Source of the DNA: Haliotis cracherodii | Taxonomy: Eukaryota | DNA: 64,000 bases | Assembly: GCF_022045235.1 (NCBI RefSeq) | Contig: NW_027266264.1 | Span: 62,372,001 to 62,436,000 of the forward strand | Direction of reading: 5' to 3' | In this document: in pieces, positions 1 to 11,539 of the stretch | Position numbering within the stretch: position 1 is the first letter of the stretch | Layout of the letters: each line of letters starts with the position of its first letter | Notes under the pieces: model-generated | Told to the model about the DNA's origin: nothing | Seen by the model: the letters and a program-made list of their open reading frames with translations, nothing else | The model's database searches: none | Made by a program: the position numbers and the translations under genes

Positions 1-235
1 TATATCACGCCGTGTCAGGTTAATGGGGGAGGAAAGCCCGAAGTGATGCAGGTCTTAGACGTTTACCACTTCGGTGAAACCCACGATCGCAGGTATGGTG
101 CTGACAAACCTAGAAACGTTATTGGGGCGAACCGGGATTCGAACCAACAATCATAGATTTCTGGCGTGCCCAAGGGACGCAACTCTGCACAGCGAATCGC
201 GGCGCCTTAGACGACTGGGCCAACCGTGCCCCCCT
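1..235 (-). mobile_element. SINE family 1 (tRNA-Leu/Ser-like head, extended A-B box spacing)
   Basis: Reverse strand has A-box TGGCCCAGTCGTCTAAGGCG and B-box GGTTCGAATCCC; collinear with the copy at 18944-19212. Confidence 0.85.
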
Positions 236-449
236 GTAAGCGTTGAAAGCAACTCTTGAATTGAAGCTATTATGGCAGGAAGCTCAAAAAAGCTTTATCA
301 GCGTTTTATTTTCATGTGGAAATGCATCTTGCAATATTTTTAAAGCAATTTGTCTTATCTGGTGTAAAGTTTACTGTCTTGTCAGAACACAATGCATTGA
401 TACTTTTCACAATCGGAAGCAGCCTTGGGTTCTATATTCTATGCCAACA

Positions 450-960
450 AAGCAAGGCTTATCACTGGTAGACTCCTTCCTTCCGGTGGTGCCGTCACTG
501 TGGCCTGTGCAGCTTGACGCCCATACACCCCCCCCCACCCCCCCACCCCCCCTCCAGCCAGCCAGGTTGACGAGACCCCTTTGTCACCACAGATTTAACA
601 GAATTGGTCAGGTCACAGTTTGATAAAATGAAGTTGCGATTTAATATTTAACTTTCTAAATATTTAAACACACACTGATTGAAAGAAAGGATACATTATT
701 TTATTTCCTTAACAGTGATATGAGGTGTTTCTTACATATTCACCCACTGTGGTACACACACCTTTGCATTGTTTAATTACACATTTCCAGTGCACAGCTT
801 CTCCTCTCACTACATAACAATAACCATCAAGAAGACCTTGTGGCTTTCCCTTTTGCAACGTGACAAATTCTATTTCCGAGGTCCAGCCATACTGAGAACC
901 ATATCTGATTGAACCGGCTAAGGCATTACATACTAAGGTCCAACTCTCAGCAAAAATGTT
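450..960 (+). pseudogene. Decayed PAN-like exon plus CTL-like exon
   Basis: Frameshifted VPSL/HCGLCSLTP...LCHHRFNRIGQ interrupted by a poly-C tract; acceptor ttccttaacag at ~716; then KKTLWLSLLQRDKFYFRG...SD*. Partly homologous (inverted) to 36120-36215. Confidence 0.3.
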
Positions 961-1371
961 AATCCAAACTATCTAATTAAGCACGGCAATGTATTTTGCA
1001 TTGGTAACTGGTCGCATGGAATTGGCTTTTCACCAATCAATGGCCATCTACTTCTCAGCAGTCACTGGTAATCACTTTCAGAGTAGGAATGCAATGACAG
1101 CAATCATTGGTAACTGGCTGTATGGAACTGGCTTCGCACCAATCAATGGGAATCAGGCACTGGTTTCTACAGGTTTATTATAACTTACCTTGAACTAATT
1201 GTAATCTGTTCATGAGCATAATACAGTTTAAAAGATATGTTTTTTATGACATGACAGAGTGGTTAAAATCAATATCAATGTAAATAAAACATAAAATAAA
1301 ATGTCTATGATTAAACATCGGACGCGTATAATCGTATTATGTTCGAAATGGTGTTGTCGCTTTTATTGCAG

Positions 1372-1674
1372 TACCAGTACCCTATGGAGATTCCGTACAA
1401 GGAAATACCCAAAGCTTCCCACAACAGCCAAATTCGGGATCGGGCCGTGAGACTTTGTGAGGTTGCTGATGAGGAATATGTCTGCCTATGTCGTAAAACT
1501 AGATGTACTCGCAGAATAATTATGATATGAGTACACGAGAAGCTTGCTACCCAGACCGTGAATTGGGGAATTGTCCCACACAGCCATTCCGGAATGGGAA
1601 ATCCCAAGACGAATTCATTTGCTTGTATTCCATTCAGATTTGTCCTTGTACAAATCTGTGTAATTTGTCGGTCG
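1372..1674 (+). pseudogene. Cys-rich decayed exon, probably CTL-like (Ly6/quiver-like alternative)
   Basis: Acceptor ttttattgcag and donor GGTAAG; frameshifted RAVRLCEV, TVNWG/QPFRNGKSQDEFICL, ICPCTNLCN. Confidence 0.25.
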
Positions 1675-2220
1675 GTAAGCCTGGTGATCGCTTTTATTTC
1701 CTGACTAGGAAATCATCATCAATGCTGTGAGGTTTCTCAAGGAGGGATGATACAGCAATCTGAGCGCAACGGGATTTGAAACTGCAATGCATATTGTAAT
1801 TGTAATACAGAAGTATGATTTCACACACACACACACATATATATATATATGAAAACATAAACATGAGTATCTAGATTATGTGTTTTCATAGCTAAAATAT
1901 TAATGTAGGCAAAACAGTAGGACATGTCTAATGACAAATATATATCATTGTTTCGTCAGGAAAATGTCATGAAAATTTGATGTGTTGTCATGTTTAATAG
2001 AGTGTGGGATACGGATGTTAGATTCAGATATATATTTAATTATGATTTAGATTAGCTTCTGCAAATGACATAGCGGTATCGCACATCACATCTTATACAT
2101 CGATCGACTGGGGAATCCCTTATTTCCATGTGCTTGATACATATATCACAAGTACAATCATATAACATAATAGCTTCTCCATAAAAGAGGATTCACGGGT
2201 GTCTCATTCGTCTAAATTCA

Positions 2221-2915
2221 ACACGTCAACGCCAGAGAATATCAGACTCAAATATCTGCGGCAACCGATTCCATAGGGCGTTAAAGTCAATGGTGACTGT
2301 AATATGAGGCTGCAAGTCGCTGTTCAGAGTTGAGACTCTCATACGTACCAGAAACCTACAATCGTGTTTCACTAAAATGTGTACAAACGACTAAAATATT
2401 ACACAAAGCGGTCGCCAACCAAACTAACTCTTTGATTTTATTTCATTTTTAGTTTGTAATGTAACAAATATGTCTGTATTATTGTAGGTCCAGGTTTGAT
2501 GAACGCATCTTGTTGCAAGACTTTGATTACACAGTGTAACTGTGTGCTCTCCACAAAACAAATGTTTGCTGCTCAGACCCCTTTTCAGGTGTATATTGAT
2601 CGATAATGAGGCAGCGGGTAGCAGCTACTGTAGTCTTGTGAAGGCTGCTTGAGAAGCGAGAAGGGTTGTATCTCGTAATATCTGGAACCTCGGATAATTA
2701 GAGGATCATTGTGCACGTTATAAGGTTTATGATGGATACACTATATGCTAGAAGAAGACAATAATGATGCAATGGTATCCTTACAATGACGAACACATCA
2801 TGTATCATTGCTTGAATGAAGCGATCCGGGGGAGTACAAGTAAAGCAGTCTGTTAATCATGTGTTGACGACACATTTTGATATAATTGTAATATCAGTGA
2901 AAGACAAATAGAAAG
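2221..2915 (+). pseudogene. Decayed PAN exon plus C-type lectin exon
   Basis: 2221-2394 reads ICGNR...*GCKSLF...LQSC; acceptor ttattgtag at 2488. 2590-2915 is one frame: SYCSL...RNIWNLG*LEDHCARYKVYDG...QWYPYNDEHIMYHCL...SC...ISERQI, matching the CTL motif order WIG / W-DG / W-P / C / ICE with several stops. Confidence 0.5.
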
Positions 2916-3269
2916 TATCAATGAATATAATGAAGATGTTTCGTCCCCACATGTCTCGTCAAATATGATAAATAACTTTGTGAGTACATGTGTATACATA
3001 ATGAGATCGTATCATAGTGTGACATTATTGGATATTAATAACACAGTAATACGCTGGCCTATAGTTTATATCATATGTTTTAATCTCAGGAATTGCATAG
3101 GATTAATGTCATAGATCCATAAGAATGGAACACTTAACGATGGCAATCGAAGAATCTGCTGTGTTTACCAATCCCAATGTGATAAACGGAAGTGCGCTAA
3201 ACATTTACCTGTTTACGTTACTTTAAGAGTATTTTTACACATGTGTCTAATCTCTATGACAAAGTTCTT

Positions 3270-3355
3270 GGAAATCTTTTGTGCATAACAAATAATTTTG
3301 GTCAAATGAAGGAAACCTTTTGTGCATAACAAATCATTTTGGTCAAATGAAGGAA
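3270..3355. repeat. ~42-bp tandem duplication
   Basis: ggaaa(t/cc)ttttgtgcataacaaat(a/c)attttggtcaaatgaa, two copies. Confidence 0.9.
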
Positions 3356-3627
3356 ATATTATGTTGTGGCATCAGTGATATCGTTGAAACATTTGTCACT
3401 GAGTAGATTTCGTCCACGTCATACTTCCTGACAAATACTTGGGATGTACATATATCATAATTGCTTTTGGTTGACCTAGCCAAAATGTTAAAGTAGTACT
3501 TGATGAATCCTTTCCAAGAATTAAATTTGGGGATTTCGACAAATCAGTTAACTGAAGCAGAGTTAAGCCTTCTATCACGCATTTAATGCATAATATTATG
3601 AAGAACATAATATATCTACTACAAAAC

Positions 3628-3747
3628 GGGGCGGTGGGGTTGCCTCGTGCTTACAACGTTAGCTCGTCACGCCGAAGACCTGAGTTAGATTCCACACATG
3701 GTGACAATGTGTGAAGCCCATTTCTGGTGTCCTCACCCACTCACTAT
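3628..3747 (+). mobile_element. SINE family 2 (tRNA-Asp-like), internally deleted
   Basis: Head GGGGCGGTGGGG...CTCGTCACGCCGAAGACC; flanked by the direct repeat ctacaaaac. Confidence 0.85.
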
Positions 3748-4014
3748 CCTACAAAACTATCTTGTAAGTGACGCCACAGTATGGTATCCAGGGGCTTATA
3801 ACGAAAAGGTTATTGTAGGCCTGAGTTATGGGTATGAGGCCAAACACGTTTAAAGAAAATAATTAAGTGTGACTGAGAGTACATTCTTTTCGTATCGATG
3901 ATAAATGAATGAAGTGAAAAAATCACGAGAAAAGCAAACAGACGAGCTAAACTAACGTGCCACGACACATATGTAGTGTAGTTAGTAACTAAGGGACGAG
4001 AACGGCAATGTTGT

Positions 4015-4203
4015 CGTTCGCAATTTTGACATTCCTCTGTGCACATTTGCGTGTCCTCGGTGTCCCAGAAACCCATGTTTGTAGGTTCGAAGTGATACAC
4101 GTCTACGTCATGGAATAAAATGGGCTTTTCAACCTCATCAAGGTAATACACTGTGGTATAACTGGACACTATCCAAACGGCGGTAAAACCAACCTCACTC
4201 ACT
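4015..4203 (+). mobile_element. Degenerate SINE family 1 copy
   Basis: Matches the family-1 body and the gcggtaaaaccaacctcactcact tail. Confidence 0.6.
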
Positions 4204-4329
4204 GATTGTATTTCAGTTCCTTTGCTTGACTCACCACCTTCACCCCAAAAGAAACATTTGATGGGTTTCTAAAATGCTGTAGGATAAAATGAAGACTACG
4301 CTTGTCACCACCTCTAAATCACTGTTAAT

Positions 4330-4960
4330 CAGATATTATCCCAACCCTCAAGATGTTTGTTTCAGGCTTGTGACAGGTGTTGAGACCTGGATCCGTAACT
4401 ATGATCCCGGGAGCAAACAAAGAATCTATAGAGTGGAAAAATGACGAATATCCCCAAAGAAAAGCTCCCAGGTCAACTAAGAAAATTATGACCACCTTCT
4501 TTTGGATCAGCAAACACACATCGATCATTTACCACGAGGACCAGCTATGTTTGGTGAGTATTATGCCAACATATTGAAAAAAATGCATGAGTCTATCAGA
4601 GAGAAGCGTCGCGACAAACTCCGACGTGGTGTTCTCCTCCATCAGAAAAGGCTCCAGTGAACACACGTCATGTTGCACTGGCTGATGTACGGGAATGTGT
4701 ATACGAGCTTCCAGCCCACCTTATTCATCAGATCTGCCCTCTAGTGACGACCACATGTTTCAGATTTGCGTGTTCAGAGATATAACAACGGATGGCTTGT
4801 TGACAGACTTGGATTTGGCCTCCTACAAAACACGAATAACTGACCTGGAGAAAATATGGAACAAGTGTACTGAATTGCAACGGGGCTACGTTCAAAATAG
4901 TTAAAGCTTACGATAATTTGTCGGGTCGCTGTATTCTTGGCTTAAAACATGTTGGTACCG
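4330..4960 (+). mobile_element. Mariner (DD34D) transposase remnant
   Basis: Frameshifted KESIEWK...KIMTTFFW, PPYSSDLPSSDDHMF (cf. PPYSPDLAPSDYHLF), WNKCTELQRGYV. Confidence 0.85.
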
Positions 4961-5523
4961 TTCACAGAATATTATGAAAAGAATTTTCTGAAATCCTAAA
5001 ATTCACATAGTCATACATATACATGTGCTCACATTTGTTAAAACAAATGTCTTGGCGTACGTCATATTAAATCATCCAAAATAAACATTTTGTCCTTAAA
5101 TTTTGCTATTTTAGTGGGGCAAAAGTTCCAGAGGACCTCAACCTTTAAACTCTGTGCTTCTACACCCTTAACGAAGTCTCATGAACAAGTCATATGTCCT
5201 ACTTATATGCACTTTATATATGTACCTGGAATAGGAATTTGTCGCCTTTGCGTGCATATGTAAGTGTATACAAATATACATAGACACTTCTTACATGAGT
5301 GAGTTTGTCATACTGATTTTTGCGAAAAAGAATGACTGAGTTTATGTATTTCCAGAGCGAGGATATAACAATCTCCTCATTCCATAATCAATAAACAGCT
5401 GTATAGACGGAAAATATAGTGAATCTAAAAGTACCCAACAATGGTAGGACGTGACGTCTATACTACAATGACATCACAAAGGTTTACCTTATGAAGGTCT
5501 TCAAAACCCTTGACTGCATAACC

Positions 5524-5870
5524 GGGAACTCGCTAGGTGTTGGCACGTGGTTCTGTGGATTGATCACAGTTAATAAATCAGGGACCTCGCTAGGTGGTGG
5601 CACGTGGTTTAGTTGATAGATCACAGGTTATAAATCAAGGACCTCGTTAGGTGTTGGCACGTGGTTCTGTGGATAGATAACAGTTCGCACATCAAGGACC
5701 TCGCTAGGTTGCGGTACGTGGTTCTGTGAATAGATCACAGTTTACACACCAAAGACATCGTTAGGTGTTGGAACCTGGTTCTGTGGATAGATCAGAGTTA
5801 ATAAATCAGGGACCTCGCTATGTGATGGCACCTGGTTCTGTGGGTTCTATACACAGTTAATAAATCAGGT
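5524..5870. repeat. Minisatellite, ~58-bp unit, 6 copies
   Basis: Unit gggacctcgctaggtgttggcacgtggttctgtggatagatcacagttaataaatca. Confidence 0.95.
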
Positions 5871-6567
5871 AAAGTTAAGCAACGATGGTCATGGAGGGTA
5901 GATGGATGGGTGATCGTGTTCGACAGCGTAACACCTGAGCGTATATAAAGCTTAGGCAATTGCCTTTGTTCGAATTATGCCCCTGTTCACCCAGGAGTAA
6001 ATTAGTTTTCGTTAGTATGAGATTGTGACTGTTAACCTTCAAAACCTTATTTTCATACATATAAAATCCGAGCCCCACATAAACTTCGAATTTATTATAC
6101 CAAACAGTACGTCACAATCTCAAAGGACTTGTGGATTAGGGTTGCTATTAATTCTACATTAATCTCTGAGCGTACTTTCATGGCCCCTTAAATGCAAGGA
6201 AGGAGTCTGTAAACGGCGTTTCAATAGCTCATGAACTGTATGTGATCCGTAATGTCAAGGGAATTGAACAAGTCTGACGGTACATAGTAAACAGTGTCTA
6301 ATCGACTTCGTTGAATTAATTGTTTCGTACAACATCGTTAGTAAGCATTGTCAGTCTACATGTAATTTATCTTCGTATGTGAGACAGAATGTACACTACC
6401 ATCAAGCATATAAAGACAAACTCTTTGTGTAGCATTGTGTTCGAATGAGAATGACATAACAGGAATCGGGTGCAGATGAAACGCTGAAGTTGTATAACTT
6501 TCCATGTATGTATAGTTTGTAAATGACTGAATACAGACCCTTATATCGAGCCACGATAGAGATTTAA

Positions 6568-6765
6568 CGACGGATGGCTGGTTGACAGGTTTGATTTAGC
6601 CTCCTAGAAAACAGGGATAACTGACCCGGAGAAAATATGGAAGAAGTGTATTGAACTGCAAGGGGGATATGTTAAAATATACGACAATGTTTCACTTTTT
6701 GACTGGCTAAAAACATGTTGGTACCCATCCTAAAAGTCACATTGTCATACATATACACGTGCTCG
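6568..6765 (+). repeat. Local duplicate of 4785-5030 (mariner 3' end plus flank)
   Basis: Shares acggatggct...gagaaaatatggaa...aaacatgttggtacc...gtcatacatatacacgtgctc, including non-transposon flank. Confidence 0.8.
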
Positions 6766-7629
6766 CAGATGATATCCGCAGATGTATGTTATTTCCATTT
6801 TGCCATGTTACTATATGACATTTGTGGCAGGTTTGCAGTTAATACTGTGAAGGGTAGCCATAGACAAATATATTACACACAATAGATACACTCTTTGAAA
6901 TTTGCGATGTGTGTGGTTTCACTGGTTTGTGTTAGGTCCGAGATCACTTCCACATGGTGTACTTCAAACGACCATGCTACGTTCGAAAGGATTTTGAGGT
7001 TTACTCTTCCTTAATGGTGTTTAACTTAGTTTTGACGGAGATAATACGGACCACCGATCTGGTATGGTCTATTTTCGAGTACAATTTAAATATTACAGGA
7101 GCCCAGGCAACAATTCCAGCAATTACTGATAACCCCAAAGTCAAACAGCATGTTTATTGTGTCTGTGACATTTCCTACTGTGCAGTTTGTTTCCTCAAGG
7201 AAACGTAACATGTGGCCTATTTTCACGCCACATAACACTTACAGAAAGCGACGTGTGATAACAAACATGGACGTAAGTGAATGGCCAACATATTACAGCG
7301 TGTACACTTTCGTTGTACATGACTTTCGTCTTGGCAGTAATGCCAGTTTATCTGACATGAAAGGGGTTGATGCACGTCACCTTTCTTCAAAGGGTTAGGT
7401 TTGCAGCCAGTTCTTTATTGCGTATTCATGTTTGAGCATTGACATCGGCTGGTGGAACATGGACTAACAAGTAGGAATGTGTGCAAAAACGTCTTATCAA
7501 AAAAGTCTTGTGCGAGGTGTGAAATTTGAGAAATTCTTATAACACTTTTACCTTCCGGACAATTAATATCCTACTGACATCTTGCTTTTTTGGATGTCAT
7601 TGGTTTTTGTAACTTGAAGAATGACGTTA

Positions 7630-7800
7630 GTTCGTGTGTTTTTTATCGCTGCATTCAACAATATTCCAACTACACGATAGCGGCCTGTAAATAACCAAGT
7701 CTGGAACAGATAATTGAGTGATCGATATTGTGAACAACGACCTATGCCACCATGGTACGTTGACGTGCAATTAACGAAGTCACCAAACCTGACCAGCTGA
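7630..7800 (-). mobile_element. SINE family 4, old copy
   Basis: Degenerate match to 23207-23456; same position as the 22077 copy within the segmental duplication. Confidence 0.7.
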
Positions 7801-8279
7801 TCCATACAGTCGCTTTTTACACCAGCGGAGGATTCTGTGGATGAAGGAGCAGAATGTCACCATGTATGTGTATGTAGCAATTTGGATGGCTGTTATTAGG
7901 ATTTGCGAACACGTTCATCCAGTGAAACTGACAGACATAAAACCGTGACTGTTTCTATGGAATGTGCTAGCACTAACGTTGAGGATTTGATTCATACTTA
8001 ACCCAACGACTTTGACTAAAATACCTTGTCGACATATCTGGAATCTGTTCACCGGCAATCAGAACGAATTCAATGTACAATATCCATCATTATTAGCCAA
8101 AGTAACAAAGTCCCGGTTTCCCCACATGTCCACCCCGTGCTTGATCATGATGACGCAACATGTTCTCGCCACAAATAACACTTACCGCTGGGAATCTGAT
8201 CTTCCAATACTCGCCGTTTTGTATTACCCTTCTTTTGATTTCTTTTGTTCCAATATGCATGGAGATTCCAAAGTAGAAT

Positions 8280-8472
8280 TGGTCCCCAGTAACCAATGAT
8301 TGTCGTAAGAACCGACATAATGGCTCACGTGTTCAGGTAGATACTTCGACTACGAGAGACATTGCTCAGAATATTTATCAGTGGTTTCTACGGTTCAGAC
8401 TCGATTATTTACAGTTAGTTTTAAACCTGTGACTGCAACGTTAAAAAAACATTCACTATCTCACTCACTCAA
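8280..8472 (+). mobile_element. SINE family 4, degenerate
   Basis: ttgtcgtaaga...ttcagactcgattatttacag...cactcactc tail. Confidence 0.65.
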
Positions 8473-8919
8473 TTCAAGTATCGCAATGTGTTTGGCAATC
8501 GAAACATACCACTTTGGTTTCCGGAAAGTCGTAATCGGTGAGTAGTTTATCTGTGGTAATCGCTAGTCCTTCCTTTCAATTGTTCAATAAACAAACCCAT
8601 CCTGATAATAAGAAGAATCTCAATTTTGCAACACATCTGATATCATTGATACATTGAGATTTTACCGAAACCGATCGATATTATATTCACCATGGGTGGA
8701 TAGATTTCATCAAAACCCTTTTCCTTGTCACATTTTGTTTATTCTTCAGCAACTACGTGTATTCTGTTGCAATTGCAGGGTAATGTATACCATAGCCCAC
8801 CTTAAAACCCACCTTTTTAACAAACGCTATCACTGCTAAGCGCCCGGAACACAAAGCTGTGTGCCCTTTATGCACAAAATAAATACAAGCATTATCAATA
8901 TTATATTTACAGATTGCAA

Positions 8920-9890
8920 TACAAAATACAGCAAGGAGAGTTTGGGTGATCCTGGCACAGTCAAGATGGTTAGGCTCATTATCAGCTCAGGGCCCTTGCC
9001 AGTAAGCAGCCCAGACAGCGAATGGGACTTCTCCCAGGATACGCAGCCTAGTCGAACCCACCCAAAACTTTTAGGAGACTCCCCAACACAACAACCTTCT
9101 GCATTACCCAGATTGTAAGAAGGACTGAATTCCTGGCAGCAAACCCGGGGACTCTCCCAATGTCAGTCAACAGATTGGGAGGTACCAAACCACCGAGAAC
9201 AATGGGGAGTCGGACAATTTGGTGCTTGGGATGCAAACGTGACATTTCGAAAGCGATGTCCGCATATTTGTCATGTCTGTCCTTAATCTTGTCAATCACT
9301 GTAGTGCCAAAAGGACAGGAAATTCAATGATATAAGTAATTCCATTGGATTTACTGAAAAGGACAAGACCAGGTTTGTTGGCCTGGATAGGTATGAGGCT
9401 GTAAATGGGCGTATTCCCCCAAAAAATTGTATTTATCATTTTCCATGGCGCCCTCTACATAGTATGGGTCGTACCTTGATGGACCTCTGTATCAAAACCA
9501 CATGCTCGGCAAAGGCGGTAATAAAATGATCGAGCCACTCCATCCTGTCGCTTAAGATACTGTGTTTTCCTCAAGCCGGACATCCACTTACACAATGTGT
9601 TGGACAGTCTCATTAAATTCATTGCATAATCTACATTTCATATTTACATTTCAATGCAAAATCACACACTGATAGTTTCGAATGGGAAGTGACTGGTCTT
9701 GAGCAGCAAACAGAAAGCCTTCTGTTTCACTTTAAAGGCCAACCGACTACATCCAAGCGAAGGCCACCTCAGGGTTGCTGAACCTCTCAACACACTGCAC
9801 ATAAACTCGATGCAGTGGTCGTTCAGATAGCCTCTCCTTGGGCCGATTTGATAGGGCACATCGCTTGGTTGACACTCATTTCTGCACCAT
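8920..9890 (-). mobile_element. R4/Dong-like RLE non-LTR retrotransposon, 3' part
   Basis: CCHC knuckle KCRLCNEFNETVQHIV..SGC; RLE-like KPGLVLF..IIEF..HDKYADIAFEM..LPIVLG; frameshifted; 3' region shared with 27480 and 52770. Confidence 0.8.
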
Positions 9891-9944
9891 CAATGATTAT
9901 GTTTATTATTAGTATTATAGCAGTTATATTAATATATCTCAGTT

Positions 9945-10260
9945 TCGTACTTGTGGCGTTTGACCCGTCAATCAGATGAAAATGTTTCTGGCACTCCGGC
10001 CCGAAAGAAGTTATCCTCACGGCACTCGACAATTCAGATTTCTAAGTGCTAAAAGACTGCGTCACACGCGATTTAAGGACTTGTGCTTTATTAATCTGTG
10101 TCTCCTTTACTGCATATAGTCCTTATCTTTGCAAGTCAACATTTGGTCCTTGTTCTGTTCTATTCTTGCTGCATGTAATCTCATTTGCTGAATTGCATCC
10201 AATTATAGAGGAGAAGCCTCTATTACAAGGTATGCTGAGATACATTGATGCATTTTAAAT
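9945..10260 (+). pseudogene. Decayed CTL-like exon; paralogue of 52150-52520
   Basis: AFDPSIR*KCFWHSG...KDCVTRD; clear nucleotide homology with 52150-52520. Confidence 0.35.
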
Positions 10261-10904
10261 GCTCTGATTAGGATCGCAACGAAAAACATTAATTTTGGAG
10301 TCCAGTATTTCTGTATATCACATCATGACAGCGTTGTGTGGACTGCTCGCCGCCAAAATGTTGTCCGTAGACGTTCAACACTTTGGTAAAACCCACAATC
10401 AACTCTAAGTTGAAAAGCAAAGGAGCACACCCGTGGCGAAATCAGGAGCAGTGGTTACAGACATCTCGATTTGCACACTTAGATTCGTTGCCGTAGACCA
10501 CTCAGACGACACTCATGTAATGGTGCAACGTTGTTGTATGAGATATATCCAGTTGCAAGGCTGGGTACATGTCTTACTTGTCCTTGCAATGATCTGACGA
10601 TAATCCATCAACTTTAACAGTGTAAAAAGGTAAAAAGCCCTCAGTTCGCCCCGGGCTTGTTATTTCAAACTCTTCCAGGGGCATGCTTCCAAAGAGATCA
10701 CGCATGCGCTTTTCACACAACTTATATGACTTGAAAACCAAATTCTTCGGTACAGAGCTATTCTTACCTATATGCACACCACATACATGTACATCACAAA
10801 CCCCACGATTGTGATACAATAAAGAAATATCCTCGAACAGTGCATATTTATTTGGGAAGTATTAGAAATTACACTGTCCATTTTCATTGTTCTAACAATG
10901 AACA

Positions 10905-11261
10905 GACCGCCTCCGTGGTCCAATGGTAGAGCGTCCGCCCGGAGAGCGGAAGGTCCGGGGTTCGATCCCCGGCCGCGTCATACCAAAATACATTAAAAGT
11001 TGGTACTTGTTGTTACCCTGTCTGGCGCTCGGCATTAAGGGGCTAAAACAAGGACTAGTCGGCTCGGAGTCAGTATACTGTGTCTGAGTGGGATATTCAT
11101 GTTAAACTGCGGCATGGTGTCTCAGTGGGCTAGCACTATAAATCGGCATCAGTCCGGACTAGTACAAGCAGCCACACAAACACACACACGTTCAGACACG
11201 TCGCTATATAAGTGCAATAATCTTGGACGCGACGTAAAATACCATTTCACCTCACCTCATC
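10905..11261 (+). mobile_element. SINE family 3 (tRNA head plus Meta/MESC-like central domain), full length
   Basis: A/B boxes GTGGTCCAATGG and GGTTCGATCCC; core cataccaaaa...ggcgctcggcattaaggg; (CACCT)n tail; near-identical copy at 54211-54567. Confidence 0.9.
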
Positions 11262-11274
11262 TCTAACAATAAAC

Positions 11275-11425
11275 GGGCGGTTGGGGTAGGTTAAAAGCGT
11301 TCACCCATCGAAGGCCCGGGTTCGACTACCCAAATGGGTACAATGTGTGAAGCCCATTTCTCGTGTCCTCCGCCGTGATATTGCTGGAATATTGCTAAAA
11401 GCGGCGTAAAATCATACTCACCTAC
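11275..11425 (+). mobile_element. SINE family 2, directly abutting the family-3 SINE
   Basis: Body gggtacaatgtgtgaagcccatttc...gatattgctggaatattgctaaaagcggcgtaaa; TSD tctaacaataaa. Confidence 0.9.
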
Positions 11426-11539
11426 TCTAACAATAAAACCATGTAAACCGAATCTTCCTCATTACGTTTGATTGTTTTTGATTACAATATTTCAGAAACA
11501 TTAGCAGTTGGTAATTCGGTATATCTAACAATACATACC

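Larger units (their letters stand above)
6290..8280 (+). pseudogene. Decayed PAN-CTL-CTL gene (copy A1)
   Basis: 6301-6432 VSKHCQSTCNLSS..VHYH (PAN-like); 6936-7330 HMVYFKRPCY...NLVLTEI...NMWPIFTPHN...EW; 7850-8280 NLDGCY*...TPCLIMM...NTYRWESD. The CTL parts are nucleotide paralogues of 21350-22450 and 23570-23740. Confidence 0.4.

Noticed and set aside
3810-4202. 130-aa minus-strand ORF
   Set aside because: Its first half is the antisense of a degenerate family-1 SINE; no recognisable protein.
5524-5870. Regular repeats as a CRISPR-like array
   Set aside because: Contiguous tandem units with no unique spacers and no cas genes, in a eukaryotic context.
7000-7150. Minus-strand TLGLSVIAGIVAWAP resembling GPCR TM6
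   Set aside because: No other TM helices or NPxxY, a stop immediately upstream, and not conserved in the paralogue; the + strand CTL reading fits better.
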